A DNA stretch of 64,000 nucleotides from Candidatus Spongiisociaceae bacterium. GTDB lineage: Bacteria > Actinomycetota > Acidimicrobiia > Spongiisociales > Spongiisociaceae. The notes below the pieces were generated by a model. That model saw only the letters and a list, made by a program, of their open reading frames with translations, made no database searches and was not told the DNA's origin. Both the position numbers and the translations under genes were made by a program. This document shows positions 40,987-50,867 of this stretch, one piece after another. Each line of letters starts with the position of its first letter. Position 1 is the first letter of the stretch. The DNA is taken from the NCBI GenBank assembly GCA_965202665.1, contig OZ241841.1:704001-768000 (forward strand), given 5' to 3'.

Positions 40987-42563
40987 CGGAAAACCGGTTC
41001 GACGTGGTGGTGGCCGGAGCGGGCCACAACAGCCTGGCGGCCGCCGCCTACCTGGCGCGGGCCGGGCTGTCGACGGCGGTGGTGGAATCCCGGGAAACGG
41101 TGGGGGGCGACGCCGCCTCCGAAGAACTGACCCTGCCCGGCTTCTGGCATGACACCTGCTCCACCGCCCACAACATCATCCAGTCCAACCCGATGCTGCG
41201 CGACGATGAGTTGGGGCTGCGGGAGTACGGGCTGGAATACCTGAAACCGGATCCGGTGGTCCACCTTCCGTTCCCGGACGGGACATCGGTCACCATCTGG
41301 CGGGACATGGACGCCACCTGCGAAGAGTTCGCCCGCCTGCGGCCCTCCGACGCGGACGGCTACCGGTCGCTGATTGCGGAATACGACCAGATCAAAGGGG
41401 TTTTCTCCGCCTTCGACCACACCCCCATCGGCTGGGGGCCGGACCTGGACCAACGGCTGGCCGGCCATCCCCTGGGCGACCGGTGGCGACGGCTGCGCCA
41501 TCGGTCCGCCCTGCAGGTAATCGAGGAGCGGTTCCGGCATCCCTCCTCCCGGGCGGCCCTGCTGTGGATGGCTTTCATGACCATGCAACCCCCGCAACGG
41601 GCCGGGACCGCCCGCCTCGCCTTCTCCCTGGCCTATGGACGGCAAACCAACTCCTGGATCGTTCCCAAAGGGGGATCGGCCGCCCTCCCCCAAGCCCTGG
41701 CCGCCGCCTTCCAAGCGGCGGGCGGCGTCATCCGCACCGGGCAAACGGTGGTCGGCCTGATCAGGGAAGGAGGGCGCTGCGCGGGGGTGGAGTTGGAAAA
41801 CGGGGAGCGGCTGCGGGCGGAGCGGGCGGTGCTGTCCAGCATCCACATTAAGCATTTAGCGGAAATGGCCCCCGCCCAAACTTGGGACCCCGCCTTTCGG
41901 GAAGCGGTGGCTTCCTGGCAACCGGGCGTCGCCATGTTCGCCGCCCACTACGCAACCTCCGCCCCCCCGGTATTCGACGGGTCGGGCCTGTCGCCCCTCG
42001 CCTCCGGCCTGCCCCATTCCGCGGACCGGCTGTTGCGCATCGCCGACGATTTTCGCGCCGGGCGGGCGGCGACGGACGACCCTCCCCTGCTGATCCTCTG
42101 CCCCACCGTGACCGACCCCGGCCGGGCCCCGGCGGGCCGCCACACTTTGAAAGTGGTGGGATTTCATCCCTATCGGCTGGCCGGGGGCCCCCGGCGTTGG
42201 GACGAAATCAAAGAACAAACGGCGGAGGCCCACCTGGAGCATCTGCGTCGCTACGCTTCCCTGCCCGCCGATGAACATTTCCTGGCCTCCCATATTAAAA
42301 GTCCGCTGGACTTGGAACGGATGAACGCCCACAACTGGCACGGCTCCTGCCACGGGGGGGACATGGACCCCTCCCAAACGGGGCTGTTGCGGCCCGCTCC
42401 GGGCTGGGCCGGGCACCGCACCCCCCTCCCCGGCCTCTACCAGACGGGGGCCACCACCCACCCCGGCGGTTCGGTTTCGGCGGCTCCCGGCCGCAACGCG
42501 GCCCGGGTGCTCCTTTCCGACTTGGGCCTGTCCTGGGAAGCGGTCCTTTCCAACCGCCGATGA
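40983..42563 (+). CDS. Phytoene-dehydrogenase-like FAD oxidoreductase
   Basis: VVAGAGHNSL, GF.HDTCS, PKGGSAAL, GLYQTGATTHPGGSV..APGRNAA; ATG at 40983. Confidence 0.87.
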   Translation: MTENRFDVVVAGAGHNSLAAAAYLARAGLSTAVVESRETVGGDAASEELTLPGFWHDTCSTAHNIIQSNPMLRDDELGLREYGLEYLKPDPVVHLPFPDGTSVTIWRDMDATCEEFARLRPSDADGYRSLIAEYDQIKGVFSAFDHTPIGWGPDLDQRLAGHPLGDRWRRLRHRSALQVIEERFRHPSSRAALLWMAFMTMQPPQRAGTARLAFSLAYGRQTNSWIVPKGGSAALPQALAAAFQAAGGVIRTGQTVVGLIREGGRCAGVELENGERLRAERAVLSSIHIKHLAEMAPAQTWDPAFREAVASWQPGVAMFAAHYATSAPPVFDGSGLSPLASGLPHSADRLLRIADDFRAGRAATDDPPLLILCPTVTDPGRAPAGRHTLKVVGFHPYRLAGGPRRWDEIKEQTAEAHLEHLRRYASLPADEHFLASHIKSPLDLERMNAHNWHGSCHGGDMDPSQTGLLRPAPGWAGHRTPLPGLYQTGATTHPGGSVSAAPGRNAARVLLSDLGLSWEAVLSNRR

Positions 42564-43582
42564 CCGACCGCCCCACCTTGCATGACATCGCCCGCCAAAC
42601 CGGGGTGCACGCCTCCACCGTTTCCCGCGCCCTCAACCCCCGGACCGCCTCCATGGTCAAATCCCAAACCCGGCGGCGGGTGTTGGAAACGGCCCGGGCT
42701 TTGGGCTACCGTCCGCATCCGCTGGCCCGGGGGTTGCGCACCAACCGGACCATGTCGGTGGGCATGGTCATTCCAGACATCGAAAACCCCCTGTTCGGGC
42801 CCATCATCGCCGGGGCGGAGGCGGTGTTGGCGGAAAGCGGATATTCGGTCCTCATCGGCAACCCCGGCTACGAAACCTTCCCAGCCAAGTCGGTGGTCAC
42901 CGCCATGCTGGACCGGCAAGTGGACGGCCTGCTGGTGGCGGCCGTCAGCCGCAACGACGATTCCATCGCCGCCGCCGCCGAGCGGGGGATCCCGGCGGCG
43001 CTGGTCAACCGCACCTTGGACGATGAGTCCGTCCCGGCCGTGGTGGGGGACGATCATCTGGGCGTCGGCCTGGCGGTGCGGCACTTGGCCGAGTTGGGAC
43101 ACCGCCGCATCGGGCACGTGGCGGGGCCGGGTTGGCTTTCCACCGGACACGGCCGGCGGGAGGCCTTCTTGGAGTGGATGGAAGCCGGGGGGTTGCGGGC
43201 CGACCCGGACCAGGTGGAGGAAGCCGACTGGTTCCAAGTGGAACCCGGCTACCGGGCCTGCCTGGCCTTGCTGGGACGCCGCCCCGACCTGACCGCCGTC
43301 GTCGCCGGCAACGACCTGCTGGGACTGGGGTGCTACCGGGCCATCCGGGCCGCGGGCCTCCGGCCGGGACGGGACATTTCCGTCACCGGCTACAACGACA
43401 TGCCCCTGCTGGAAATGATGCAACCGGCCATGACCGCGGTGCGCGTGCCCTACCGGGAGATGGGCGGACGGGCCGGTTCCGTGTTGCTGTCCCTGATGTC
43501 CGGCAAGCCTCCCCCCGCCGCCGCCGTCCGCCTGAAGCCCACTTTGGAAATCCGCGCCTCCACCGGCCCGGCCCCGTCTTGA
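42560..43582 (+). CDS. LacI-family transcriptional regulator
   Basis: TLHDIARQTGVHASTVSRALN HTH, LGYRP..LARGL hinge, DISVTGYND. Confidence 0.95.
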   Translation: MTDRPTLHDIARQTGVHASTVSRALNPRTASMVKSQTRRRVLETARALGYRPHPLARGLRTNRTMSVGMVIPDIENPLFGPIIAGAEAVLAESGYSVLIGNPGYETFPAKSVVTAMLDRQVDGLLVAAVSRNDDSIAAAAERGIPAALVNRTLDDESVPAVVGDDHLGVGLAVRHLAELGHRRIGHVAGPGWLSTGHGRREAFLEWMEAGGLRADPDQVEEADWFQVEPGYRACLALLGRRPDLTAVVAGNDLLGLGCYRAIRAAGLRPGRDISVTGYNDMPLLEMMQPAMTAVRVPYREMGGRAGSVLLSLMSGKPPPAAAVRLKPTLEIRASTGPAPS

Positions 43583-44751
43583 ATCCCGGTTTCCGCAACG
43601 GGGGACGGGGTTACCTGGCCGGGGTGGGCCTGGGCGTGTTCATCCTGACCGCGGCCGCTTTTTTCCGCCCTCCCCTGCTGCCGGACATCGGGCGGGAGCT
43701 GGACATCTCCACTACCGGGCTGGGCGGCCTGTTGTCGGTGTTCGCCTTGGGACGGTTGCTGGCGGACCTCCCCGCCGGATGGGCTATTGAAAACCGCCGC
43801 TCCAACCGGCTGATGGCTTTGGCGGCGGCCATCGTTGGCCTGGGAAGTTTGGCCGCGGCCGCCGCCCCCGGCCCGGCGGTCTTATACGGGGCGGCCCTGG
43901 CGATGGGGGCGGGCTCCACCCTGACCATCACCACCGCCACCGCCGCCTTCGCGGCCGTCCCCCGGGAGCGGCGCGGCATGTCCCTCTCCCTTTTCGCCGG
44001 GGCCATGCTGGCCGGACAGGCGGCGGGCCCGGCGGCGGGGGGAGCGCTGGGTTCCATCTGGAACTGGCGGTGGGCGTTCGCGGCGGGGGCGGGGATAGCC
44101 GTCCTGATGGGGGCTTTCCACCTGCTTGCCGCTGGAGCGCGGCTCGGCCCCGTCCATTCCGGGGACGGGGACGGCCCGCCGCCCAACCAGCGGGCGCTGA
44201 CCGTCATATATCTGATCCCGGCCGCGCAATTCGCCGTTTTCGGAGCTCTTATCCAAACCCTGATTCCGCTGGTGGGAGACGGCGAGTTGGGGCTGAGCGC
44301 CGCCATGGTGGGCCTGGCCCTCGGGGCGGGCGGGACCATCCGTTTTCTGGCCGCTTTGGCCGCCGGGCGCATCGCCGATCGAATCGCCCGCAAAGCGGCC
44401 CTGGTCCCCGGCCTTCTGTTGCAGGCTTTGGGAGTGGCCGCCTTCGGATGGATGCGGGGGGCGGTCGGCTGGTGGTCGGCCATCGTTTTGCTCACGCTGG
44501 GTTCGGTGGCGGTGAACGTGGGAAACGCGGCGCTGGCCGACCTGAGCGAACAGGACGGCAAACTGGGACGGCGGCTGGGCGTCTACCGCCTCACCGGCGA
44601 CGCCGCTTTCCTGGCCGCCCCCCTGCTGACCGCCGCCCTGTTCGAAAACTGGGGACGGGGGGCGGCGGCGGCCCCCCTGCTGGCTTTCACCCTGCTGGTT
44701 GTCCTGGGAACCGCCTTTTTGGTGCCGGAGACCCGGCGCCTGCTACACTGA
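43579..44751 (+). CDS. MFS transporter
   Basis: About 12 TM helices, GRIADRIARK; TTG start overlaps the LacI stop. Confidence 0.85.
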   Translation: MNPGFRNGGRGYLAGVGLGVFILTAAAFFRPPLLPDIGRELDISTTGLGGLLSVFALGRLLADLPAGWAIENRRSNRLMALAAAIVGLGSLAAAAAPGPAVLYGAALAMGAGSTLTITTATAAFAAVPRERRGMSLSLFAGAMLAGQAAGPAAGGALGSIWNWRWAFAAGAGIAVLMGAFHLLAAGARLGPVHSGDGDGPPPNQRALTVIYLIPAAQFAVFGALIQTLIPLVGDGELGLSAAMVGLALGAGGTIRFLAALAAGRIADRIARKAALVPGLLLQALGVAAFGWMRGAVGWWSAIVLLTLGSVAVNVGNAALADLSEQDGKLGRRLGVYRLTGDAAFLAAPLLTAALFENWGRGAAAAPLLAFTLLVVLGTAFLVPETRRLLH

Positions 44752-44782
44752 CAAAACCACCCGGGTCTCGGCCCGCCCGTTC

Positions 44783-44802
44783 GCAATCGTTTGTAATATA
44801 AT
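44783..44802 (+). promoter_or_regulatory. LacI-type operator 5 next to a TATAAT -10 box of the ABC operon
   Basis: GCAATCGTTTGT (44783-44794) then TATAAT (44797-44802). Confidence 0.85.
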
Positions 44803-44858
44803 GGGCAACCGAAACTCGGGCCACAAAACGGGTATCAGTTACTCAGGGAGGTAACGCA

Positions 44859-46238
44859 ATGAAAACTTGGAAATGGGCAGCCCTTTTGGCGGTGATGGCG
44901 TTGGCGGCCGCCGCCTGCGGGGATTCGGGATCCGACCCGACCACCACCACCGCCGCCCAAACCACCACCACCGCCGCCGCGCAGACCACCACCACCGCCG
45001 CGCAGACCACTACCGCCGCCGCGGCGGACCCGATCGTGCTGGGGGCCTCGCTGCCCCTCACCGGAGAGTTTTCCATCCCGGGCAGCAAGCACGCCGACGG
45101 TTACCGGTTCTGCGTGGACGAGTTGAACGACCGGGGCGGAATCCTGGGACGCCCGGTGGAGTTGCTCTTGGAGGACAACCGCAGCGACACCGAAGTGACG
45201 GTCACCCAGACCGAGCGCTTCATCAACGTGGACAACGTGGACGCCCTGCTGGGCACCTTCTCCAGCCTGCTCGGTTTCCCGGCCTCCACCATCGCCGAAC
45301 AGAACAACATGGTCTATCCGGTTCCCTCCAGCGGCGCCATGCGCCTCTACGCCCGCGGTTACCAGAACCTGTTCTACTTCCAGCAGTTGCCGGCCGAGTT
45401 GACCGGCTCCTCGGTCGTGGACCTGGTGAACTACTACGTGGACCAGGGAATCATTGAGGACGCGCCGGCGCGGGCGGCGGTGGTAGCCGCCGACGATTTC
45501 TTCGCCGGGGCCATCGCCAACGGCTTTATGGGCGGAGACGTGAGCATCCCCGGTTCGGACGAGACGTACAGCCTGGCCCCCGGCTACCTGGCCGAACTGA
45601 ACATGGAACCGGTCTTGAATGAGGTGTGGCCGGTGGGATACACCGACTGGCTGACCCTGGCCAACTCCATCAGCAACGCCGAGCCGGACTTCCTGGCCGC
45701 GGCCACCGCCTCCCCGGACGAGGCCATCTCGCTGGCCCAGGCCCTGCAGACGGTGGGGGCCCAGATTCCGCTGGTTTACATGTCGCAGGGGGCCCAGTCC
45801 GAATTCTACGACGCCCTGGGCGACACCGCCAACGGCATCATCATCCACTCGGTGTGGAGCCCCTTGGCCAACTTCTCCGGAACCCTGGCCGGCCAGCCCT
45901 ACACCAACCAGGACTTCATCGACGGCTTCACCGCCTCCTTCGGCAAAGCCCCGGACGAGGACGAGGCCATCCCGTTTGCGGTGTGCCAGGGAATCGCCCA
46001 GGCCATGGAAGGCACCGGGGGCACCGACAACGCCGCTATGTCGCAGTGGATGCACGCCCGCACCTTGGACGACCCGGTGAGCACCATCATGGGGGCCTTC
46101 GCCTGGGACGACCGGGGTTTGCCGTTCGAGCGCAGCTTCCTGGTCAACCAGTGGCAGAACGGCTCGTTGGAGTTCGTATATCCGGTGGGCGAGTTCCCCG
46201 GAACCTCCGACCTGCTGTACCCCAAGCCCGACTGGTAA
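44859..46238 (+). CDS. HAAT/Liv-type ABC substrate-binding lipoprotein
   Basis: Lipobox AAAC, (TTTTAAAQ)n linker, LGASLPLTG, GGILGRPVEL..EDNRSD. Confidence 0.9.
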   Translation: MKTWKWAALLAVMALAAAACGDSGSDPTTTTAAQTTTTAAAQTTTTAAQTTTAAAADPIVLGASLPLTGEFSIPGSKHADGYRFCVDELNDRGGILGRPVELLLEDNRSDTEVTVTQTERFINVDNVDALLGTFSSLLGFPASTIAEQNNMVYPVPSSGAMRLYARGYQNLFYFQQLPAELTGSSVVDLVNYYVDQGIIEDAPARAAVVAADDFFAGAIANGFMGGDVSIPGSDETYSLAPGYLAELNMEPVLNEVWPVGYTDWLTLANSISNAEPDFLAAATASPDEAISLAQALQTVGAQIPLVYMSQGAQSEFYDALGDTANGIIIHSVWSPLANFSGTLAGQPYTNQDFIDGFTASFGKAPDEDEAIPFAVCQGIAQAMEGTGGTDNAAMSQWMHARTLDDPVSTIMGAFAWDDRGLPFERSFLVNQWQNGSLEFVYPVGEFPGTSDLLYPKPDW

Positions 46239-46315
46239 GCCGAAACCGATGTGGAGGGGCCCCGAATTGAAGAAAATCGGGGCCCCTCCCCCCTCCCTCC
46301 CCGCCGCGCCTCTCC

Positions 46316-47092
46316 GTGAGCCTCGACCATGAGAGCCCCCGCCGGGTTCCGGCCCCGGCGCCCCTGCTGGAAATCCGCGGCATCACCAAAACCTACGGCG
46401 GCCTGGTGGCGGTCAACCGGGCTTCCTTCTCGGTGGACGCCGGGTCCATAACCGCCCTCATCGGCCCCAACGGAGCGGGCAAAACCACCGCCTTCGACAT
46501 TATCTCCGGGGTGGCGGTTCCCGACTCGGGGCGGATAATCTTCGACGGGCGGGACATCACCGGCCTGATGGCCCACAAAATAGCCAAACAGGGCATGGGG
46601 CGCACCTTTCAGATCACCCGGGAGTTGCGGGACATGACCGTGCTGGAAAACATGGTGGCCTCCACCGTGCCCAACAACCTGTCCAGCCTGCTGGGCGGGC
46701 GCATCCGGGCGGCCGAACGGGAACGGGCCATGGACATCCTGGCCTTCACCGGCATTGAGCGGCTGGCCGAACAGCCCGCCAAACGGCTGTCCTACGGCCA
46801 ACGGAAACTGCTGGAACTGTCCTCCATCCTGATGACCGAACCGAAAATGGTGTTGCTGGACGAACCCGCCGGCGGGGTCAACCCGGCCCTGCTGGAACGG
46901 ATAATGGACCGCATCTTGGAACTGAACCGACGGGGGACCGCTTTCCTGATCGTGGAACACAACATGGAGGTGGTGATGCGCCTCGGCCAGTCCATCGTGG
47001 TGATGGCCCACGGACAGGTCATAACCCAGGATTCCCCGCAGGCGGTGCGGGAGGATCAGCGGGTGCTGGACGCCTACTTGGGGGAGGCGTAA
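46316..47092 (+). CDS. LivG-like ABC ATPase
   Basis: GPNGAGKTT, LSYGQ, LDEPAGG, VEHNM. Confidence 0.92.
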   Translation: MSLDHESPRRVPAPAPLLEIRGITKTYGGLVAVNRASFSVDAGSITALIGPNGAGKTTAFDIISGVAVPDSGRIIFDGRDITGLMAHKIAKQGMGRTFQITRELRDMTVLENMVASTVPNNLSSLLGGRIRAAERERAMDILAFTGIERLAEQPAKRLSYGQRKLLELSSILMTEPKMVLLDEPAGGVNPALLERIMDRILELNRRGTAFLIVEHNMEVVMRLGQSIVVMAHGQVITQDSPQAVREDQRVLDAYLGEA

Positions 47093-47832
47093 TGGCCTTG
47101 TTGGAAATAGAAGGGGTGCGCGCCGGCTACGGGACGGGTCCGGACATCCTGACCGATGTGTCGATCAGCATCGAAGAAGGGGCCTCCTACTGCATCATCG
47201 GACCGAACGGGGCGGGCAAATCCACCCTGCTGAAAACGGTGGCGGGCATCCTCAGCCCCCGGGACGGAACCATCTCCTTCGACGGCCGGCCGATCGGCGG
47301 GTTGCGTCCGGACCGGGTGCTGCAGGCCGGAGTGTGCTTCGTCCCCCAGGATCGGACTTTGTTCCCGGAAATGACCGTCAAGGAAAACCTGGTAATGGGC
47401 GGCTATCTGGTCCGCAACCGCCGCCTGGTGGATCAACGGATGGAGCGGGTCTTCGCCATGTTCCCCCGGCTGGCGGAACGTTCCTCCCAACTGGCCCAAA
47501 CCATGTCCGGCGGAGAACAGCAGATTCTGGCTTTGGGCCGGGCCCTGATGATCGAACCGCGGCTGATGATGATCGACGAACCCAGCCTCGGTTTGGCCCC
47601 GCAAATCAACGCGGTGGTGTTCGACGCCATTCGCCGCTTGGGAACCGAGATGGGGATCACCGTGGCGCTGGTGGAACAGAACGTCAAAAAGGGCCTGGAG
47701 GCGACCGACCGGGCTTTCGTGCTGGATCTGGGAACCAAACGGTTTGAGGGCCCCTCCGATCAAATACTGGACGACCCCCGCATCCGCGACCTGTACCTGG
47801 GGGCGTTGGCAACCCGGGCAGAGGGTTCGTAA
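47092..47832 (+). CDS. LivF-like ABC ATPase
   Basis: GPNGAGKST, MSGGEQQ, DEPSLGLAP, VEQN. Confidence 0.92.
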   Translation: MALLEIEGVRAGYGTGPDILTDVSISIEEGASYCIIGPNGAGKSTLLKTVAGILSPRDGTISFDGRPIGGLRPDRVLQAGVCFVPQDRTLFPEMTVKENLVMGGYLVRNRRLVDQRMERVFAMFPRLAERSSQLAQTMSGGEQQILALGRALMIEPRLMMIDEPSLGLAPQINAVVFDAIRRLGTEMGITVALVEQNVKKGLEATDRAFVLDLGTKRFEGPSDQILDDPRIRDLYLGALATRAEGS

Positions 47833-48704
47833 TGCACAATCTGCAGGTTCTGGTACTGGGGACTTTGCTGGGAGGCGTGTACGCGCTGATGGCCTCCGGC
47901 CTGACCCTGCTGTTCGGGGTGATGCGGGTGGTGAACCTGTCGCACGCCGCCTTCGTGGTGCTGGCAGCCTTCCTCAGCTACTACCTGTTCGACGGCCTGG
48001 GGATCGACCCGTTGCTTTCCATGTTCATCGCCCTTCCCATCTTTTTCGTGCTGGGCGCCGCCCTCTACCGCCTGCTCTTCCCCCGCATCGAAGGCTCCCC
48101 CAAGTTTCCGGAAATGACGGTGCTGCTCACCTTCGGGCTGGCTTTCATCGTGGAAGGATTAATGTCCTATTTCTTCACCGGCATTTACCGCACCGTCAAC
48201 CCCCCCTACGCCCGGGACGCCATCATCTTGGGAGACTTGTTCATCCCCACCGGCCAGTTCTACGCCCTGCTGGCCAGCGCCCTGCTGCTGGTCGGACTGT
48301 GGCTGTTCCTCAAATTCACCCGCATCGGCTACGGGGTGCGGGCCACCATGCAAAACCGGGAGGCGGCGCAGATCGTGGGGGTGGACGTGCGACGGGTGTC
48401 CACCATCGCCTTCGGCCTGGGGATGGCGGTGGCGGGAGCGGCCGGGGCCCTGGTCAGCTTCGTCTTCCCGTTTTTTCCCTCCCGTCACTGGCAATGGATC
48501 GCCATCCTGCTGTCCCTGATCGTGCTGGGCGGTTTGGGCAGCCTGAAAGGGGCTGTGATCGGGGCGGTGGGGCTGGCGGTGATTTCTTCTTTCGTGAGCG
48601 ACCGGATCGGGCCGGTGTGGGCCCCCATAACCTTTTTCGGGGTGCTGTTCATCGTGTTGCTCATCCGACCGCAGGGTCTGTTCGGCAAAAAGGCCCGCAT
48701 ATGA
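47832..48704 (+). CDS. LivH-like permease
   Basis: YALMASGLTLLFGVMRVVNLSH, LGGLGS, RPQGLFG. Confidence 0.92.
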   Translation: MHNLQVLVLGTLLGGVYALMASGLTLLFGVMRVVNLSHAAFVVLAAFLSYYLFDGLGIDPLLSMFIALPIFFVLGAALYRLLFPRIEGSPKFPEMTVLLTFGLAFIVEGLMSYFFTGIYRTVNPPYARDAIILGDLFIPTGQFYALLASALLLVGLWLFLKFTRIGYGVRATMQNREAAQIVGVDVRRVSTIAFGLGMAVAGAAGALVSFVFPFFPSRHWQWIAILLSLIVLGGLGSLKGAVIGAVGLAVISSFVSDRIGPVWAPITFFGVLFIVLLIRPQGLFGKKARI

Positions 48705-49717
48705 TCGAAGAGCGGAACCCCTCCTCCGCCCCCGCTCCGGAGTTTTCCAAGCGGCCGTCGGGGAAAATGCGCTGGACGATGCTGTGGGCGGTGCTGGCCG
48801 TCGCCCTCGCCTTGCCCCTGTTGCGGGGAATCGACTCCTACAACTACGTGTTGCAACTGGTCACCGTGGTGTTCATGTGGATCGCTTTAACCTCCAGCTG
48901 GAACATCCTGGGGGGATACACCGGTTACATTTCGCTGGGGCACAACGTTTTCTGGGGGGTGGGCGGCTACGTTTCCGGCCTGTTGCTGCTGGAATTCGGC
49001 TGGTCCCCTTTCGCCACCGCCCTGCTGGCCGGAGCGGTGGCCATGGGACTGGGGGTGATAGTCGGGCTGATCACCTACCGGACGCGGGGGCCGTCTTTCA
49101 TCATCTCCACCATCGCCCTGTTGCTGGTGGTGACTTTGCTGATGGACAACTGGGCCTACCTGGGCGGTTCCAACGGGTTGAGCCTGCCGCTGGTCCCCCT
49201 TGACATTTCCTGGGTGAAAGTCCCCTTCTACTATGCGATGCTGGCGGCGGCGGCCGGGTCGGTGTGCCTCGGCTACCGGGTGGCCCATTCCAAATTCGGG
49301 GTGGCTTTGCGGGCCATCGCCGCCGACGAGGTGAAAGCGGAAGTGTCGGGCATCAACACCCGGCGTTACAAACTGATGGCCTTCGCCCTCAGCGCCTTCT
49401 TCCCGGGGGTGGTGGGGGCCCTCTGGGGATATTCGCTGGCCTATCTGAGACCGGTCATTTTCCTGATTATCGCCATGGCGGCCCGGATGGTGCTGATGGC
49501 CATCGTAGGCGGGCGGGGCACGGTGGCGGGGCCGGTCATAGGGGCCGTCCTCATCGTGGCTTTCGACGAAGTCTCAATAACCTATTTCGGAGGTTCGGAA
49601 CTGAACCTGGTCATCACCGGCGCGTTGATGGTCCTGATATTGCTGTTTTTCCCGGCCGGGCTGGTCGGGTCCCTGCGGGAACGCAACCGGCTCCCCTCCT
49701 GGCTGGACTGGGACTGA
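48701..49717 (+). CDS. LivM-like permease
   Basis: WNILGGYTGYISLGH, GGRGTVAGP, PAGLVG; ATG at 48701. Confidence 0.9.
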   Translation: MIEERNPSSAPAPEFSKRPSGKMRWTMLWAVLAVALALPLLRGIDSYNYVLQLVTVVFMWIALTSSWNILGGYTGYISLGHNVFWGVGGYVSGLLLLEFGWSPFATALLAGAVAMGLGVIVGLITYRTRGPSFIISTIALLLVVTLLMDNWAYLGGSNGLSLPLVPLDISWVKVPFYYAMLAAAAGSVCLGYRVAHSKFGVALRAIAADEVKAEVSGINTRRYKLMAFALSAFFPGVVGALWGYSLAYLRPVIFLIIAMAARMVLMAIVGGRGTVAGPVIGAVLIVAFDEVSITYFGGSELNLVITGALMVLILLFFPAGLVGSLRERNRLPSWLDWD

Positions 49718-49721
49718 GCGA

Positions 49722-50867
49722 ATGGGCGACCGGATCATCCGCATTGCGATGAACGGGGTCACCGGCCGGATGGGCCGCAACCAGCACCTGGCCCGCTCCG
49801 TCATCGCCTTGCGCGACCAGGGAGGGGTCGCCCTGCCCGACGGCTCCCGCCTGATTCCGGAACCGATTTTGGTGGGCCGCAACCCGGGCAAACTGGCCGA
49901 GTTGGCCGCCGCCCACAACGTGGAACGGTGGACCTGCGACCTGCGGGAGGCGTTGGACGACCCGCAGGTGGAAATCTATTTCGATTCGCAGTCCACCAAC
50001 CGGCGGGCGGAGGGGGTGCGGGCGGCGGTGGAAGCGGGCAAAGCCGTCTACTGCGAGAAGCCGCTGGCCGGGGACGCCGCCACCGCCCGGGACCTGCTGG
50101 ATTTGGCCGAAAACGCCGGCATCAAGCACGGAATCGTGGCCGACAAGTTGTTCCTGCCGGGGCTGCGGGAGTTGCGAAACCTCATCAACCAGGGGTTTTT
50201 CGGCCGCATCCTGTCGGTGCGGGGGGAGTTCGGCTACTGGGTGTTTGAAGGTTTTGACGGGGAGGCGCAACGGCCCGCCTGGAACTACCGGGCCGAGGAG
50301 GGCGGCTCCATCATCTTGGACATGTTCCCCCACTGGCAGTACGTGATCGAAGATCTGTTCGGGGAAATCGAGTCGGTGTGCGCGCTGGGGGCCACCCACA
50401 TTCCCACCCGCTACGAGGAAGGGGAGCCGTACCAAGCCACCGCCGACGACGCCGCCTACGCCATTATGCGGTTGCGGGACGGGGCGGTGGTGCAAATAAA
50501 CTCTTCGTGGACCACCCGGGTGTACCGGGACGAGCTGGTGGTTTTCCAAGTGGACGGGGTGGACGGCTCGGCGGTGGCCGGATTGCGCGAGTGCCGTTGG
50601 CAGAAACGGACCGATACCCCCCGCCCGGTGTGGAACCCGGACGTCCCCAACCCGATCGATTTCCGCGCCGGATGGACCCCGGCCCCGGAACGTCCGGCTG
50701 ACAACGGATTCAAACTGCAGTGGGAGGCTTTTCTGCGGCACGCCGCGGCCGGGGAGCCTTTCCCATGGACTTTCGCCGGAGCGGTGCGGGGCTTGGAACT
50801 GGTGGAAGCGGTTATGCGCTCCTGGCGTGAACGCAGGTGGGTGGACCTGTCCGAGGCGCGGCGGTGA
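49722..50867 (+). CDS. Gfo/Idh/MocA oxidoreductase
   Basis: NGVTGRMG, YCEKP, GGSIILDMFPHW. Confidence 0.92.
   Translation: MGDRIIRIAMNGVTGRMGRNQHLARSVIALRDQGGVALPDGSRLIPEPILVGRNPGKLAELAAAHNVERWTCDLREALDDPQVEIYFDSQSTNRRAEGVRAAVEAGKAVYCEKPLAGDAATARDLLDLAENAGIKHGIVADKLFLPGLRELRNLINQGFFGRILSVRGEFGYWVFEGFDGEAQRPAWNYRAEEGGSIILDMFPHWQYVIEDLFGEIESVCALGATHIPTRYEEGEPYQATADDAAYAIMRLRDGAVVQINSSWTTRVYRDELVVFQVDGVDGSAVAGLRECRWQKRTDTPRPVWNPDVPNPIDFRAGWTPAPERPADNGFKLQWEAFLRHAAAGEPFPWTFAGAVRGLELVEAVMRSWRERRWVDLSEARR

Noticed and set aside
40983-42563. Carotenoid biosynthesis (crtI)
   Set aside because: No crtB/crtE nearby; it lies in a catabolic regulon, so it is treated as a generic FAD oxidoreductase.
44935-45025. 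Short tandem repeats (accaccaccgccgcc...)
   Set aside because: They encode the Thr/Ala linker of a lipoprotein; the same applies to repeats at 5280-5690 and 11190-11280.
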